In this document: one piece after another, positions 12,801 to 26,427 of the stretch
Numbering within the stretch: the first letter of the stretch is position 1
How the letters are laid out: each line of letters starts with the position of its first letter
NCBI GenBank assembly: GCA_000934665.2
Contig: JYFJ02003682.1
Coordinates: 1-38,977 of the forward strand
DNA from: Catajapyx aquilonaris
Lineage: Eukaryota
Direction: 5' to 3'
DNA length: 38,977 nt
Program-made: the position numbers and the translations under genes
The notes under the pieces: model-generated
What the model was told of the DNA's origin: nothing
What the model saw: the letters and a program-made list of their open reading frames with translations, nothing else
Databases searched by the model: none

Positions 12801-15800
12801 GAACTTACAGGTAGACTGGAGAGAAAATGCCCAAAAAGTACGGTATTAGGACCCCACCAAAATTGTTGACTCGAACCCACCCTTTTTGTTTGGGTTTGAA
12901 GCACAAAAGATGAGAAGGACAGTGTCATTGACACTACTTTCTTCAAAATGTTCTAAGGCGGTTTTACCTGCCAAAAGATTCCAATCGGAAATGACCTTTC
13001 GTGTGGAGAAGGTCGTAGTCTCATTTCCTAGGAAACAATCAAATAATATTTATTAATGCCGAGATCACGGAAGCATTGCTCGAATTTCTTAGCATAAGTT
13101 TAAGAATTACGTAACCATAAAGTCGTGTCGAGAAGATGTGATTTTCCTTCTTATTCTCAGCTTACGTCACTAAAACGTGTTACCTCACTTTTCTATCAGA
13201 TAAGTAGACATATAGGGGTGAAAGGATTCTCGCCGTGTGTGTCTGGAGCAGTTCAGAAATGATCGCAGGTCATATCCGTGGCCCTGGTGTAATTTAGCAG
13301 TAAATCTCTTAACCACAATTCGAGCCTAAGCAATCTTACCTGGAACAAGGAATCATTTTGTAGGCCGAAACAATAGTGACTTTCCACCAATTTGTAGAAT
13401 TATAGCCATTTTTGTAACAACATTGGAATCATTTATTTATGACAATGTACAGGGTGGGCCATAACTTGCTGTTGGAATTATTTTATTATGGTGACGTTTG
13501 ATGTTCAGTAGTTGTCTTACGACACATAAATCGTTTCCAGCTGAGGTCGGCACACTGCAAAACACACTGTTGTAAGACCCTCCTTAAGCCATAAGTCTTT
13601 AGCGTCATGGAAGGTGTTAGTTGCTATTAATCAGTGCCAAATTTGGCGACTCTGAAAACAAGTTTGGATGCCATTTGGCTGCTAATAAATAATATGTGCA
13701 TTAGTATGTGCGCTATGCAAGCTTGAAGGCAAATAAGCTACTGGTTGGAAGAAACTAATATTTATATACTCAGAGGTATGGATATGTTTTACTAGCAGTT
13801 CTTCCTTTCATTTCAAAAAAAAAGCTGGGTATCGTGACGTAGAAAACCTTTGTGGTGCATTCCCTTCTCTTAAATTACACATTTTGTGGGCTCCAGAAAA
13901 TGGAAAGATGGTCCCTATAGGAAGGTCACTAGGACGTTTCATACAGTATGAGTTATTACCATAATTTTACATTTTGTTTCCACTACTTTTAATGTAAAGT
14001 AGCGGCGGATGGGAGTATCTTGCAAGGTGTCACAAACACACATCTTGTATTCAGCAGGTGCGGAAGAAGACACATCCTTGATTCCATAGGATGTGAAATG
14101 TGCAGTGTAGCGAAATGTGCAGTGATGCAAATTCATTTGCATCTACACATGTATGAATTACTAACTAAAATCAAGTTCTGTCAGGGAGGGACAAGTTGGC
14201 ATAAAGGGTGGTTCTTACATTTTAATTAAATAATTCTGTTATGGAAGCATATACAGGTAAATGACTGATAGTGTGTGATTATGCAACTTTCACTTTCCCA
14301 CTGGATTCAGAGTGGTAAGCTGCACATACTGCACATGTTCAGTAATCCATGTTGAAATAGCCATAAAGCTATGTCTTCAAATCCATGTGGTTTATGATGT
14401 GTGAAAAGTAGCCCATAGCCTAACAGTTTCGCAATATACGACTTAGAATAAACTATCATCTATTCCGCTTTCTGTTTTGACTCGTCTGGTGGGTTGCAGC
14501 ATATCAGGATACAAATGTACTGTACAAGGAAAAATCCTTGCCCCGAGGATGTCACGAAATAAGTCCTGTTTGACAGGTGATCCCAGACGATGTCTTGCCC
14601 TCAACTCCTTTCTCTGCTGAAGAATGTTAACCTGTTTCAGGATCTCGGATGAAGCATTAGGGGTCCAGGTTGGTGGGGGGATACGCACAAAAAATATATA
14701 TATTGGCGGTGTATGTGTGAGGTGGTCTGATTCCATTGCAAGGTGATCCAGGTGGAGTCTCCCGGATTCGTTAATTGATATTGTCAAGTATAAGGGCTGG
14801 TTTCTGAAAAAGGAAGGTTATTGATAGCATTTACCGTTATATATGTTAGCAAAATAATTTATTTGAAATAAATTGCTATGGTGAGGGGCTACTCCCCTAT
14901 TTTTCGTTTCCTAGAGTTTTCACCTGCGACCCTGAGAGTTTAAAGTCAGTGACTGAATGTGTTTACTAACCGACGCTTGGGACGCCTGGGGTTACTTCAT
15001 GTTTTGAGAAAATATACAACCCTACCTTTTCTCAGGCCTTGACATTCTTTTAAAGAAGAGCTTTGAGTGCATTTATGAGCTTTTCACCGTATTTGTCCAA
15101 GTGTTGACCAGCCGGACTGTAATATTGTTGGTGCTATGCCTTAAGGGCCTCTAATTAAGTCCAGAGGCATTCGGGTACATTTAAATAGTTTTTCGTGAGG
15201 TAGCCAGTGATGGCTGGATAAGATTGACGTCATACTGTAGCTTTCGCAAAATAACGGTGTATTTCAGTTCATTTCGAAGAAATACAAAGAGTACCTCCTG
15301 TGACCAAACTTGGAGCATCAGAATACCGAAGTGGCATAAATTATTGATGTCAATATCATAGAAACTGGGCTGGTAAAAGTCAAAATGTATACACATAGAG
15401 TGCTGTATTGGCCAAAGCCCAGAGGTCAACTGATGAAATCATTCAACCGAGTAGGCTAATCAATTTAAAATAAAATAACCTGTTGGGAACATCAGGGGCA
15501 ACATTCACTTGCTAGAATTTTTTAAATAATCTTTAAAATGGTGTCTGGGGGTCAAACAATTCACTTGGGACTTTGGCAGTGCACTGTTCTGTGTACTATC
15601 CTGTACAATAAAGGTAAAAACGCAACAAATCACTTAAGCATGTCATTAAACTCTCATTTAAAATCAGACGTGATTTTAATGTGCGGTGGAACTATTTCTA
15701 GCATTTTATTGTTCTAGGTTATAGTGGTAAAATGATAAAGCCATATAGTAATGCAATGATGTATATGGCTTATCGTGTAATCATCCGTGTATCATCAACA

Positions 15801-17421
15801 TCACGTAATAATGATTGCCTAGGGTAAAACACGTTGGGGTAAACAGGATGTCACTATAGTTCCCATTAGTCAAGGTTCGGTTCTACAAGGAAAACGTTTA
15901 TCAAAGTCATAATTGCAGCACCAAAATTAATACAGGATTTGATAGGATTTCTTTACCACTTGAACAATATACATTTTGAAAGCACAACGTAGCCTACTAT
16001 ACACAACTATACTGATTTGTTTGCGACATAAGTGTATCCTACTGAAATAAATTTGCCTTATCATGGTGGATTATTAGAGTTTAAATTCAGCAACGCCTAC
16101 ACTGCTACACAATGGTGTAATAATAATAATAAATCCCCATTACAATATGTGGAGCCTTTGGCGGAACTCGTGTGACAGCAATGAAACGATTAAAAATGAA
16201 GGCCTTGGCCCTTAGTTGGGCTGTCCTACCCCCTCGTTAATTATCTGTCTCCTACTCATTACCTTTACTTATATTGGCTGACTGATTCTTATCTGCTTAC
16301 TGTCCTTGCTACCGTACTACCGCCTTCGAGGAGCACTTGGCCTTGGAATGTTCCTTACCAAGTTGGGTGTCCCTCCAGCAGAGGCCTCCTCTACCTTACC
16401 TACATGTGAAAATGGGGCTCCTCATCCTCCACCTGCTGAGAAACACGAGAAGTAACAGTGAATGCCATACCTAGATGACCTTGAGAGGACAATGATTAAA
16501 CGAAACAAGACACACACACACTGTGTGTGGAAATGTGGAAATGGCATGTGCATTATATCATAAATATTAAATCCTGCCTTTAATATCTATGCCTTTTACG
16601 TCTAGCCTTTGCACCTTCTGACTAACTGCTAGATCACTAGTTGCACTAGTTAGAAAGGACAAGATTTCATGAGGGGTAGGCCTAATCCAATAATAACATT
16701 GTAATATTATTATCTATGAATTTCAAGCCTCACCATTTTTCTAATGCCGAAACTGAACAATTTTTCATAAAATCATGTAGACCCTTTCCCCTTTTTCCAA
16801 GAATTCTCAGACCAACGTCCTCGCGGTCACCTCATCAAAAAACCCCCATGTTCTTATCCCGCTGCGAAATAAAATATACCCGGTTATAAAATACTCGCCC
16901 TCAATCCTAAGAATTTTATGAATGAATTTGAAAGTGGTTCCTCTAGTAGTAGAAGAAAGCGAAAGTTTTCTTCTTCTTTTTTCTTAACTTCTTCCAGGAG
17001 CACATGACTACACAGCATGTACTGGTCAAGCTAGAGTGATCCAACTATTGACACTCATCATCCATCACTGGCATGTTAGGTGGCAATGTATCACGATGCT
17101 TGCAGCCTCCCATTTTTGGACATCATGCTGCGTGCTTTATGCAATCCCAAGTGAAAGTGACCTTAAGTCGACAACAATGAGAAATAAATTTATTTAGCGG
17201 AACAAAAGTAACTGTGAGTGTCCCATCCGGCATTCTGGCGGCAAAGAACTTAGGCGTGGACCTCACCTTGGACAAAAATCGCGAGCACGTAGGAGTCAGC
17301 AGGAAGGTCAAATCCAAATGTTATTCCGGTCAGGTAACAGTGACTGATGCAATTGGTAACCCTTTAGCCGCCGTTAACATTTACCTGGAGGGTGTCAAAA
17401 AGTGGCTGAAATTACCCATTT

Positions 17422-17466
17422 TGCGCCTGCGCAATGGGGAGAGACAGCGCCTCTGGTGGGCCAGAT
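17422..17466 (+). repeat. 45-bp dispersed direct repeat, copy 1
   Basis: tgcgcctgcgcaatggggagagacagcgcctctggtgggccagat; 43/45 identical to 18256-18300. Confidence 0.9.
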
Positions 17467-18255
17467 GAGGTACTATTGTTATATTGAATTTAATTATGCG
17501 AATTGATGAAATTTTGGTGCCCTGTCCACACATTTGTACGTTGGACACGAAAATTTCGTCATTTTTGTGCAGGAAGTGTCCCAACTTCCCGTTTCCCCCA
17601 GAGGAACAATCGAATACCTGAGACTCCTTGGAGTGGACATGGTTTTCTGGAACCTGTCAGAAATGCAGATAGCATCCCAAGAAAAGCTTCTCGGAGGTTG
17701 TTGCTCCCGCCCTGACTCCACCTTTGCAAATTGCAAGCGCACGCTCTCATTTGTAATTCCCGATTTTGCACTGATGTATGGAACCAAGAAGAAAATGGTT
17801 GGAAAAAGATGGTCCCCGGAAAATAAGAAATAGACATGGGGCTGTTGTAATGAAATTACATGCATTTCATTTTCTAGGACGGGTACTGCTGAGTTCGGTT
17901 TCAAGGTATATGAAGGGTAGGGCAGCAGATAAGGTGCAACAAGAGACGTTGAACTCAGCATCTCTCTCCTACACTTGGAATGCCAAAAAAGGACAAGGGT
18001 ATTCAAAAGGGGTGTATTAAGGAAGCATAAAACTACTGCACCGCCCATAATTGCGTGATTGATTTGATGTCAAATCAACTGGTGTTTACACAGTAATTGC
18101 ACTGTTACATGTTCATTAAAATAATTATTGTCCCCAATATGTACGACCGAACCTGTCCTAAGTGGCCAGAAAAATATATAATATCATATAAATATATAAG
18201 TTGACAGAACATTCCTTTGGATAACACCTTTTTGACATCCGATTAGCCCCCGTTC

Positions 18256-18300
18256 TGCGCCTGCGCAATAGGGAGAGACAGCGCCTCTGGTGGGCTAGAT
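18256..18300 (+). repeat. 45-bp dispersed direct repeat, copy 2
   Basis: tgcgcctgcgcaatagggagagacagcgcctctggtgggctagat. Confidence 0.9.
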
Positions 18301-18868
18301 CTAAATTGTGTAAGAATTTATTTATGGTCAGGTCAATCGTGCAGAGTACCGGTACCTTTTTATACGTAGGGTGGGTGCCTCATTGGTGGGTGTCAATTGG
18401 TTTGAGAGGTCGTGACCAACAGAATTCAGGGGGTTTGGTTTCTTCCTCTTGAAGCAGGCAAAGTCACATGGGTCACCTAGCTTTTATGGACGTGGGCAGT
18501 AATCTTGAAGCTCTTTGAATTTTTTTTTAAAGTGTGGGAAGTAACCATCTGGTCGGAAGTAACGGGAACAACTTGGTGTTGACATATGGAAATAAGTCGC
18601 AGAGCTGCTCTCTGGGGCGTTGAACTACTCTTTTTCCACTTCAGAAAGAGACGCAGGAGTCAAGTATTACTCAGCTTAAATTACATGAACACGAGCAACA
18701 AGTTATGTAACAAGTGACTTGGATGGATGGTAATTTGCATAAGAGTAATTTTCTAGATCTCAGATTATGTTGATAAAATGTAGAAAAGTGTCAAGATTTT
18801 TAATAACACATCCATCACATGTGGGACTGGTAAACATGGTTTACAAAATTGTTTTATAAGCCACATTT

Positions 18869-19182
18869 AGTGAAATTATTTTTCACCAAATTTTCAGCGA
18901 GTGAAATTATTTTTCACCAAATTTTCAGCGAGTGAAATTATTTTTCACCAAATTTTCAGCGAGTGAAATTATTTTTCACCAAATTTTCAGCGAGTGAAAT
19001 TATTTTTCACCAAATTTTCAGCGAGTGAAATTATTTTTCACCAAATTTTCAGCGAGTGAAATTATTTTTCACCAAAATTTCAGCGAGTGAAATTATTTTT
19101 CACCAACTTAGTGAAAAATAATTTCACTCGCTGAAAATTTGAAATTTTCAGCGAGTGAAATTATTTTTCACCAAAATTTCAG
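18869..19182. repeat. 31-bp tandem array with one internally inverted unit
   Basis: Unit agtgaaattatttttcaccaaattttcagcg: 7 full copies 18869-19085, a partial copy to 19106, a reverse-complement copy 19110-19141, then about 1.3 forward copies. Confidence 0.95.
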
Positions 19183-20349
19183 TCTGTGAAATATATTTTC
19201 TCCTCATAATTTCTATGAAGAAAATGTATGTGGATGGCACATTATTGCCTAACTTACCTTCACATGTACAAATTATGCACCTTTTCGAGCCCTTTACGTA
19301 CAGTGCAGTAGTTACGTTACAACCTCTCCATTTGGCATAAAAATCTGTTACGTGTGACCCTGAAATAAGATAGAAAACCAGTATCGTGTGACAAACACTC
19401 CCACGTAACCGATAATGTTTCCATATTCGGTTCTTGTTCGCCTATGATCATGTCCCCGATGATGATGGTGGTATCCATCACCACAAAGGAGCAAAAAAGA
19501 TGTACAGCTCGATTGTGGTAACGATGCAGTCTGCTTCTGATTACACCTTTGTGACGTTTTACTCTCGAGATAGCCAGAGGAGATCATTTTCTGGAGCCGG
19601 AACTGCCCAGCAAGAAGCCTCAAGTCCACTTTTGGTGCGAACCAGACACGCCCTTTGATGACCTTCCTTGAAGCAGACCGTGCCTTAAGGCCCATATGAT
19701 TTATTAGTTTTTCATTTTTTAAATATTTTTATAGATGCTCTCTCATTTTGTGACAATCCATCACACACAGGTTTTACCCGTTGATGATGGATATGCAGCA
19801 CCCGGACCCCAACGTGGTCAGTGACACTTCGGTCAAAACATCGCCCACCGCGGGGTCATCAACAGTCCACTCTCGGTCGGTGCCCCATCGCAGTGGGTTG
19901 CAACCAACAGATGCCACCGAACCATTTTTGAACAGTAGACACAACGTGCTTCGTCAGCAAATTCACACTATACAGAACAAGTTTTCTTGGTCTCCTCCAA
20001 GTTCAAGTGCTGAGGATTTCTCCAAGCATCTTCCCTTGGCCTCTTCTTCTTCTTTTTGTGTGATCTTCCCCTATTTACTTTCTCCCAGCTCCCATGACAT
20101 TGTTAATGAAGGAGCACGGCCCCCATTCCCATCGCATTCTTGCCAAATTGGACCCCCATGCTACCCAAAAATGAAGATGTCATTAGCATTTCGGAGGGGT
20201 CCAAAAACCTGTGTTCAGAGAGGTCATTGTCACATTGGGAGTCGCCAGATTACATGGTAGGAACATCTCTTGAAAATCATTGTCTTTAAGGATGGAAGAT
20301 GATGCCATTTTGGAGGGCACTGGGGTGGTCGACGCAGCTAGACCGACAC

Positions 20350-20371
20350 TGACCTTGACCTCAGATGACCC
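20350..20371 (-). promoter_or_regulatory. Triple nuclear-receptor half-site (DR4 plus DR0) containing a FTZ-F1/ERR-type TCAAGGTCA
   Basis: Minus strand reads GGGTCA-tctg-AGGTCA-AGGTCA. Function is inferred. Confidence 0.35.
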
Positions 20372-22890
20372 ATGTTTTGATTGAATCTTCCGACATGAGG
20401 TGGTTAGGACGAAAATCACGATCGAAGCTTAGGCATGCAATTTCCTGGCGGGTTTTGTACCCTATCCTTAATCTGCGGGGAAATAAGGTGAAAGCTTAAA
20501 TCATTCGGGAACAGGGTGTTACAGATACCTATCTGCAATAGAGGGAGTCACTTTCACAACCTTTAATCAGTATCAGGAAAAAGAGGGTTTAGGAAAAACG
20601 GCCATTCAACCCTCCAAATCAGAGTAAACCACTGCTGATAAGCGTTTATGATAGTTCTACCACAGGCTGTCTCAGAAGTAAGTTAACTGATGTCAACCAA
20701 TATGGTAATATAAAAATCAGTAGGCTAATACATTTATGGAAAATACAAAAACATGTAACAAAGAGAGCATATAATTGAGTAATAAATTTTAAAAGCCCTT
20801 TCCCAGAATGATCTATTTGAAGTTGCAAATTATTTACGTATATTCCAGTGCCAGAAAAACTAACCTCACTGGCGATCAGGTTCCCAAATCTCGGCGGGCA
20901 TGCTTTTCTTGGGGGGAATGCTGCCCTTGCAGACGACCTTGTGAGAAACCAGAAGCGCTCCGAAAAAGGAAAAATACGAGAAAAAAAGTGCCCAAAAATT
21001 GTCTCCACGAAAAAGGAGGTCCGGCGGTAGCTGGTGGTACAAAGGAAACAGAGCTTTTGGAAGTGCCACCAAGACTGATAATTAGAGTCTTTGGTAAACC
21101 ATCGTTGCTTCGTCACGTCTCGGTAATCATTTATGGCCGCGTCTTCTTCGTAGCCTCCAAAATTGCCCACCCTTCGTGACCAATCCGATTATCAGTAGCA
21201 TCTCACACTTTATGGGAACTCGGTGGTCGAGTTTTCACATTGAGCGATTATATTTTTGTCTAATACGTGCCAGACCTAGTACACAAAGAGTTGTGGTCAG
21301 CCAAGCTCATATGGTCCGGATGGATATTAAAACTTTCGGTATAATAATTTTTGAACCAGTTTCGTAAAGCAAGTTTGGATTGCGCAATGCGAAAGTGAGT
21401 AATTGAGTTTTATTGTGGGCATCTAATGGCTGCCTGGGAGACAAAAATGGGGGACAGTAAACGTTCAATGAAGGATTGGCTCGTATTTTTATTACATGAG
21501 AAGAAAATAACATGTGTGCAAGTACCAGGAAGGCTGTGGTACTTCCTGAAATCAGAACACGATATTAGACAGGAAATACATTGTTGGCCTAATATTGCGA
21601 CATGGTATCAAATTCTCAAGAATAATGGTAACCTATAACCTACTTTTCAATAAGTAGACATAAATTTTGCCAGTTTTTTAGAAGGAACCCTTGAAACTAT
21701 GTACACAGTATTTATTTCTATATGTAGATTATTATTTGCTTGTGCTAAGTACCAGTAATTTAAACTAAATGAATCACGGACCATGCAATTCCATGTCACC
21801 TAATATGTCCAAATATGTGTTCGAATGTGGGATGATCTCGCAACTTGCTGATTTTATCAACCAAGTCAAGCTAGTTTGCGTATTATTTTTTTGTAACTTG
21901 TTCTTAGAACCACAGTGTTTGAGTGCGTCAGTTACACCCTGTACGTGTGAATCAGAGATTTTTAACAGGGGCGTATATGGGAATGTTCTGAATCTTCGTG
22001 TTTTCCATTTTCCTGGAATTTGCATGCAGGTTGTATCATCAGTGATGTAAATATGTAAACCCCAGATTATGAAATAGCATTTTGACGTGGGACAAGTTAA
22101 TGTAGACCTACTCATTTTTTAATTAAATTGCAAAATTTCTATTAGAAACCCCACGCAATATGCGGCAACAATGATGAATTGTCACACAAAAGATCAGCCT
22201 GAACTAATAAACTACAATGACCACCGGTTGGCCTTCACTGCACAAAAACAATCGGAGGCTACATGTAACGAAGAAAAATGTAAACAAACAACTACCTCCA
22301 GCTTGTCCCCAATAATTACCCTAACGATGCCCCAAAGTGCAACAACCCTCTCAAAAAACCCTCAGCAACTGTGGATGAAAATAATGACCCGAAGAATGAA
22401 AAAGGGAAAGGGAAACTCGATCAGTAGTGTAAGAAGCCTTTCATTGTCAAAGAAAAAAAGAAAGAAACAGTTCCAGAAGAGTAGCAACAAAACGCTTCAG
22501 TGCAGTCTCTTCCGAGGACCCCACTTGACTGGAGAGACCCACGCAATTGTGTACAAAATTGGCGATAATGGACCAACCAATTGCATCAGAGTGCGTCACC
22601 ACACCTTAGTGCGTGCGTGGGTACATGGGGTCCAAGAAGTGTAGCAGACGTTGCCATATGTCTACGGAAATGAAGGCGCTAGTCCTTGGCTACACCCTTG
22701 CATTTTGAGACCATTTAAGACAAAAGGAGTCGTAAAAATGGGGATCCTTGCGTGCCTAGTTGAAACCTCCAGGGTGATACACTAGGAAATCGACGAAAAC
22801 CCTATGATTCTATCCAGGGACAGTTGTTCAGGATGTAAGTGCTTCATTATCACAATCAACTGTTCGCGAACCCACAGTTTCGATTCGCGC

Positions 22891-22956
22891 GTTCAAGTCT
22901 CCCCTAATTCGACCGTTAAAGTCTCCCCTAATCCGACCGTTGAAGTCTCCCCAACA
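22891..22956. repeat. 24-bp tandem repeat x about 2.7
   Basis: gttcaagtctcccctaattcgacc / gttaaagtctcccctaatccgacc / gttgaagtctccccaaca. Confidence 0.85.
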
Positions 22957-25900
22957 GCATCGGCACCACTGTTGGACGAATCAAGCCTCTGACCCGCCCA
23001 CATTACAGGAGAGTTGGCGGGAACCTTCAATTTCGGTGTCGCCCACTCCATCCTCGGCCACCACTGCCAGCTGCTGGCTCCTGCTCGTATGTGTGTGTGT
23101 GTGCGTGCTAACCAAGAGGCCGTAACACTACCTGAGGTCATCAGTCAAGCTGAGGGAGGCAGGCAGTGAGAGTGGGTTCCTTCCTTCCTTCCTCTCATGA
23201 ACGCTGCTTCCATATCCCGGGTCATCATCTCCCTTAACAACACCAGGCCAGCCGTGACACACCAGCAGGAGACATGTGGAAGCCTCCACTTCCCACCTGC
23301 GTAAGTAGACCGTGAAATACATCGCTGAAGGTGTGCAAATCTCACTTTTTGCACATCAGAATATTGTGCAATTTACCAATTGTGCCTGATACATAATTAG
23401 CACATATATGCAGGTGGCTCATTTCGCTCTTATCAATCAAGCAATAATAATAGCCTTTAACAACCAAAAAAAAAGCCATCTCTTTTTTGACAATGTAACA
23501 ATGCGGGGCAGGGGCGAAAGTGCGAAAACAGCACATTCATCCACAAAGAACAGCCACTCCATTTGACACACTCGACAACAAGCTTTTAGGTCAACACTCC
23601 TTTGAAACAACTAATACTAAGCCTGAAGCCGTGACTTTGTCCGCGCCTAAGCTGTTAACTTTTCCAAGACCTTAGAGTCACGAATTTTGTTAGAAATCGA
23701 ATCTGGAATAATGGGAGTGCACTTGTGGCGACTTGAATTGACTTAGACCACGGAGATGAAATTCTCCACAGCTTTTTATCACGTTGCACGACATCATAAC
23801 AAATAGTAATGTAATTTTTTTTTACTGTCAAGGACTTAATGTATATGCAATTTATTTTTTTAAAACTGGAAGTGTCTCATGGCCGTGGGTGGGGCATGCA
23901 ATTTGCAGATATGTGACGTGCATTTATGAGTGGGAAGTTGCTCCTCATTACTGCCCTGGTTTTGCTAACTATCGGTCAAAATTACACAACTGGGATTGCA
24001 ACAGGAAAAAGAAAACTTGTCAATTGGCACAGAAGGTCACTGGTTGATATAACTGTGCAAAAACATAAGAGGAAATCCCCATATATTTTTTTACACATTA
24101 TTCGGCCAATAACTTAATGAGTGTGTCAGTATGACCTTTCTCAAAGGATTTAGTCCGAATAATCCCAACCTTGGACCGAGTTTTTTTTAATCTGACACAT
24201 TTTTGTCCTTCCCACGTATTATTGAGACCTCCTACCTGTCTATTGCCCACGCTCTCATTGTGTCAGCAGAAGTTCGGGACACTATTTCCTCTTCCTTGTG
24301 AAGCCTACGGTGCTGATGGGTGTGTGTTATTTTGACCACAAAAATAGATAAACAAATGTACGCATCAGAGCAAGGTCGACATACCTTGGGTGCGATGCAA
24401 TTTATATATATTTTAAAATGAACCGACCAGTTATTTAGCATAATTACCCTGTAAAAGACGCATAAATTCAACCTTTTTCAAGTTATTCTGTTATTAGACC
24501 TTCACAGTATAGGATCTTAACACAGTTTATAGCTAGCTTCACCCTCTTGAGACATTCTTCCAGCATCAATAGCTTGGCTTCTCACACCTGCTGCCCTAAG
24601 GGTGCTTTTCAAAAAAAATAAAACGAAAAAGAATCCATTCAAGTGTATGTTATATGAAGAATAACCACTGACCTTGACATCCATCTCTACACACTTGTCA
24701 CTTGTATTACCAGGCCATTTTTTAAGGGATAACTGACTCAACAATAGGTGCCTGACCATAAAAGATTCCTTTGAAATTCGGTTCAGACAGGGTGCTTCCG
24801 CAGTTAGTTAATCGGACATTTACATTACTATTTTTGGGTGTGTTAAGAATTTTTGTGGCTTTTGTCCCAACTAGGTACACTCTTAACGATTTACCTTCTC
24901 TAGAGAGGGTAAATGGTTAAGCGTGTACGATGAACCAGGAATTTTTGTCCGGGTTTTATAACTGTAACTTTTTTTTTGTCACGTTATAAAATCATAACAT
25001 GTGTGAATAATAGGTTGACGAACCAGTCGTGTAAACATGGGTTACATACACGCAAAGAATTGGGGCTAACCGAAATTTTCAATAACAACCACTTTCATTT
25101 TCGAACAAAACCATTAGGTGCAAGGTACGTAATAACGTACGTTTAAAAAAATCTGGTTTTTCGCATGTACCCTGCAGCACACTTAAAAATCACGCTCTTT
25201 TGTGTAAGCTATAAAAATTTTAACTTCAAGAAAATTAATCGTTGGGCTTACATATTCATTTCCATCAATCCTGGAATGCCGCTGGGGAGTATTTTTATAG
25301 CCAACGCCTCATTTCCTCACGACCTGAGGCGTGGCCATCCAGCATCTTAGGTCTAATCCTCCACCAAAAAACCCACCAAAAAGTACGATGGGTTATAATG
25401 AGCATGAGGATATGGCGCGTTGACAGTGGTCACGCTGCAGGAGAAAATCCCCCCAAAAAAAATTTGGGGAAAAGAATTTTAAGTGCCACCTAAATATGAA
25501 GTGGGATAGATGACCACCCATAATAGGAAAAGACTAAGAAAAAGAACAAGATTCCAGACGAGGTTTTTATTGTTCGCAAGAAACTGGAAAGGAGTCAGAC
25601 ATCCCTATTTTAAAACCAGATTTTGGGTTTTTTTTGCTTCAGGTCTATTAGAATGTGGAACGTTCAACCTTGTCTGCGTATATCAAACATAATTATGAGG
25701 CCTGCAAACAAAAACGAGAGGTCTAATTCACTCACTTTGATTTGAGCGTTTCATTAGGCTTGAAAGTGTTACATTATACGCTGTCGGCTATAAGTGCTAC
25801 ATGTGTGTAAAAGTATAAAACCAGCTAGTTTTTTTGAATAGCCTAATAAATTGCATTATTGTCACAGGTAATTAGTCTAGTGGTTATATGTGAGGTCCGG

Positions 25901-25957
25901 AGTTCGAATATCCGCCTGGGTATTCTGTTATAACCTTTAAAAATAGATCAATTTTCA

Positions 25958-26107
25958 ACCGAAGCAGTTTGGTCGACTGCTAATCGGGAGGTCCTGGGTT
26001 CGAGATCCTAACCGTGGTTTTCTGTGGTTTCCCACGGTCCCCCCAGGAGAATTCCGGGATTGCTTCCTAAATAATAGTCCACAGCCGCTTCCTTCCTATC
26101 CTTGTCC
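25958..26107 (+). mobile_element. Degenerate tRNA-derived SINE
   Basis: B-box-like ggttcgagatcc at 25997-26008, followed by ggttttctgtggtttccc...ccaggagaattccgggattgcttcctaaa...ccacagccgcttccttcc, which resembles a conserved invertebrate SINE body. A second tRNA-head fragment (gttcgaat) lies at about 25878-25920. Confidence 0.75.
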
Positions 26108-26427
26108 TGGCCATGAGGAGGTGCGGTGTCGGTGGGGAGTTTCTGACCCGTACCTAGGGGGATGTCTTATAGATTGGCCCCCTGGGGTACTGCACACGAC
26201 CCTCAAATTTCGGACATCGTACTTGCACCCGTAACAAATCCCTATCCTGACCCCTGCACAGAAGAGAAAAAATGAGAAGAAAAATTTTGTAAGAAAAATG
26301 GTGGTAATCCACCCCCATAAAAAGGGCTCTGTTCCCTCTAATGGAGTAAAGCTTTTTAAAAATATTATTTTCCATTGCAACTATAAAATAGCACAGACGA
26401 ATTTTTTTAAAAACGTAGAAAAATGTT

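Noticed and set aside
18869..19182. CRISPR array (31-bp quasi-palindromic repeats)
   Set aside because: Units are contiguous with no spacers, no cas genes, and the context is eukaryotic.
19781..22644. ORFs of 120-175 aa at 19781, 20646, 20808 and 22171
   Set aside because: No recognisable motifs, mostly non-ATG starts, and no coherent splice chain.
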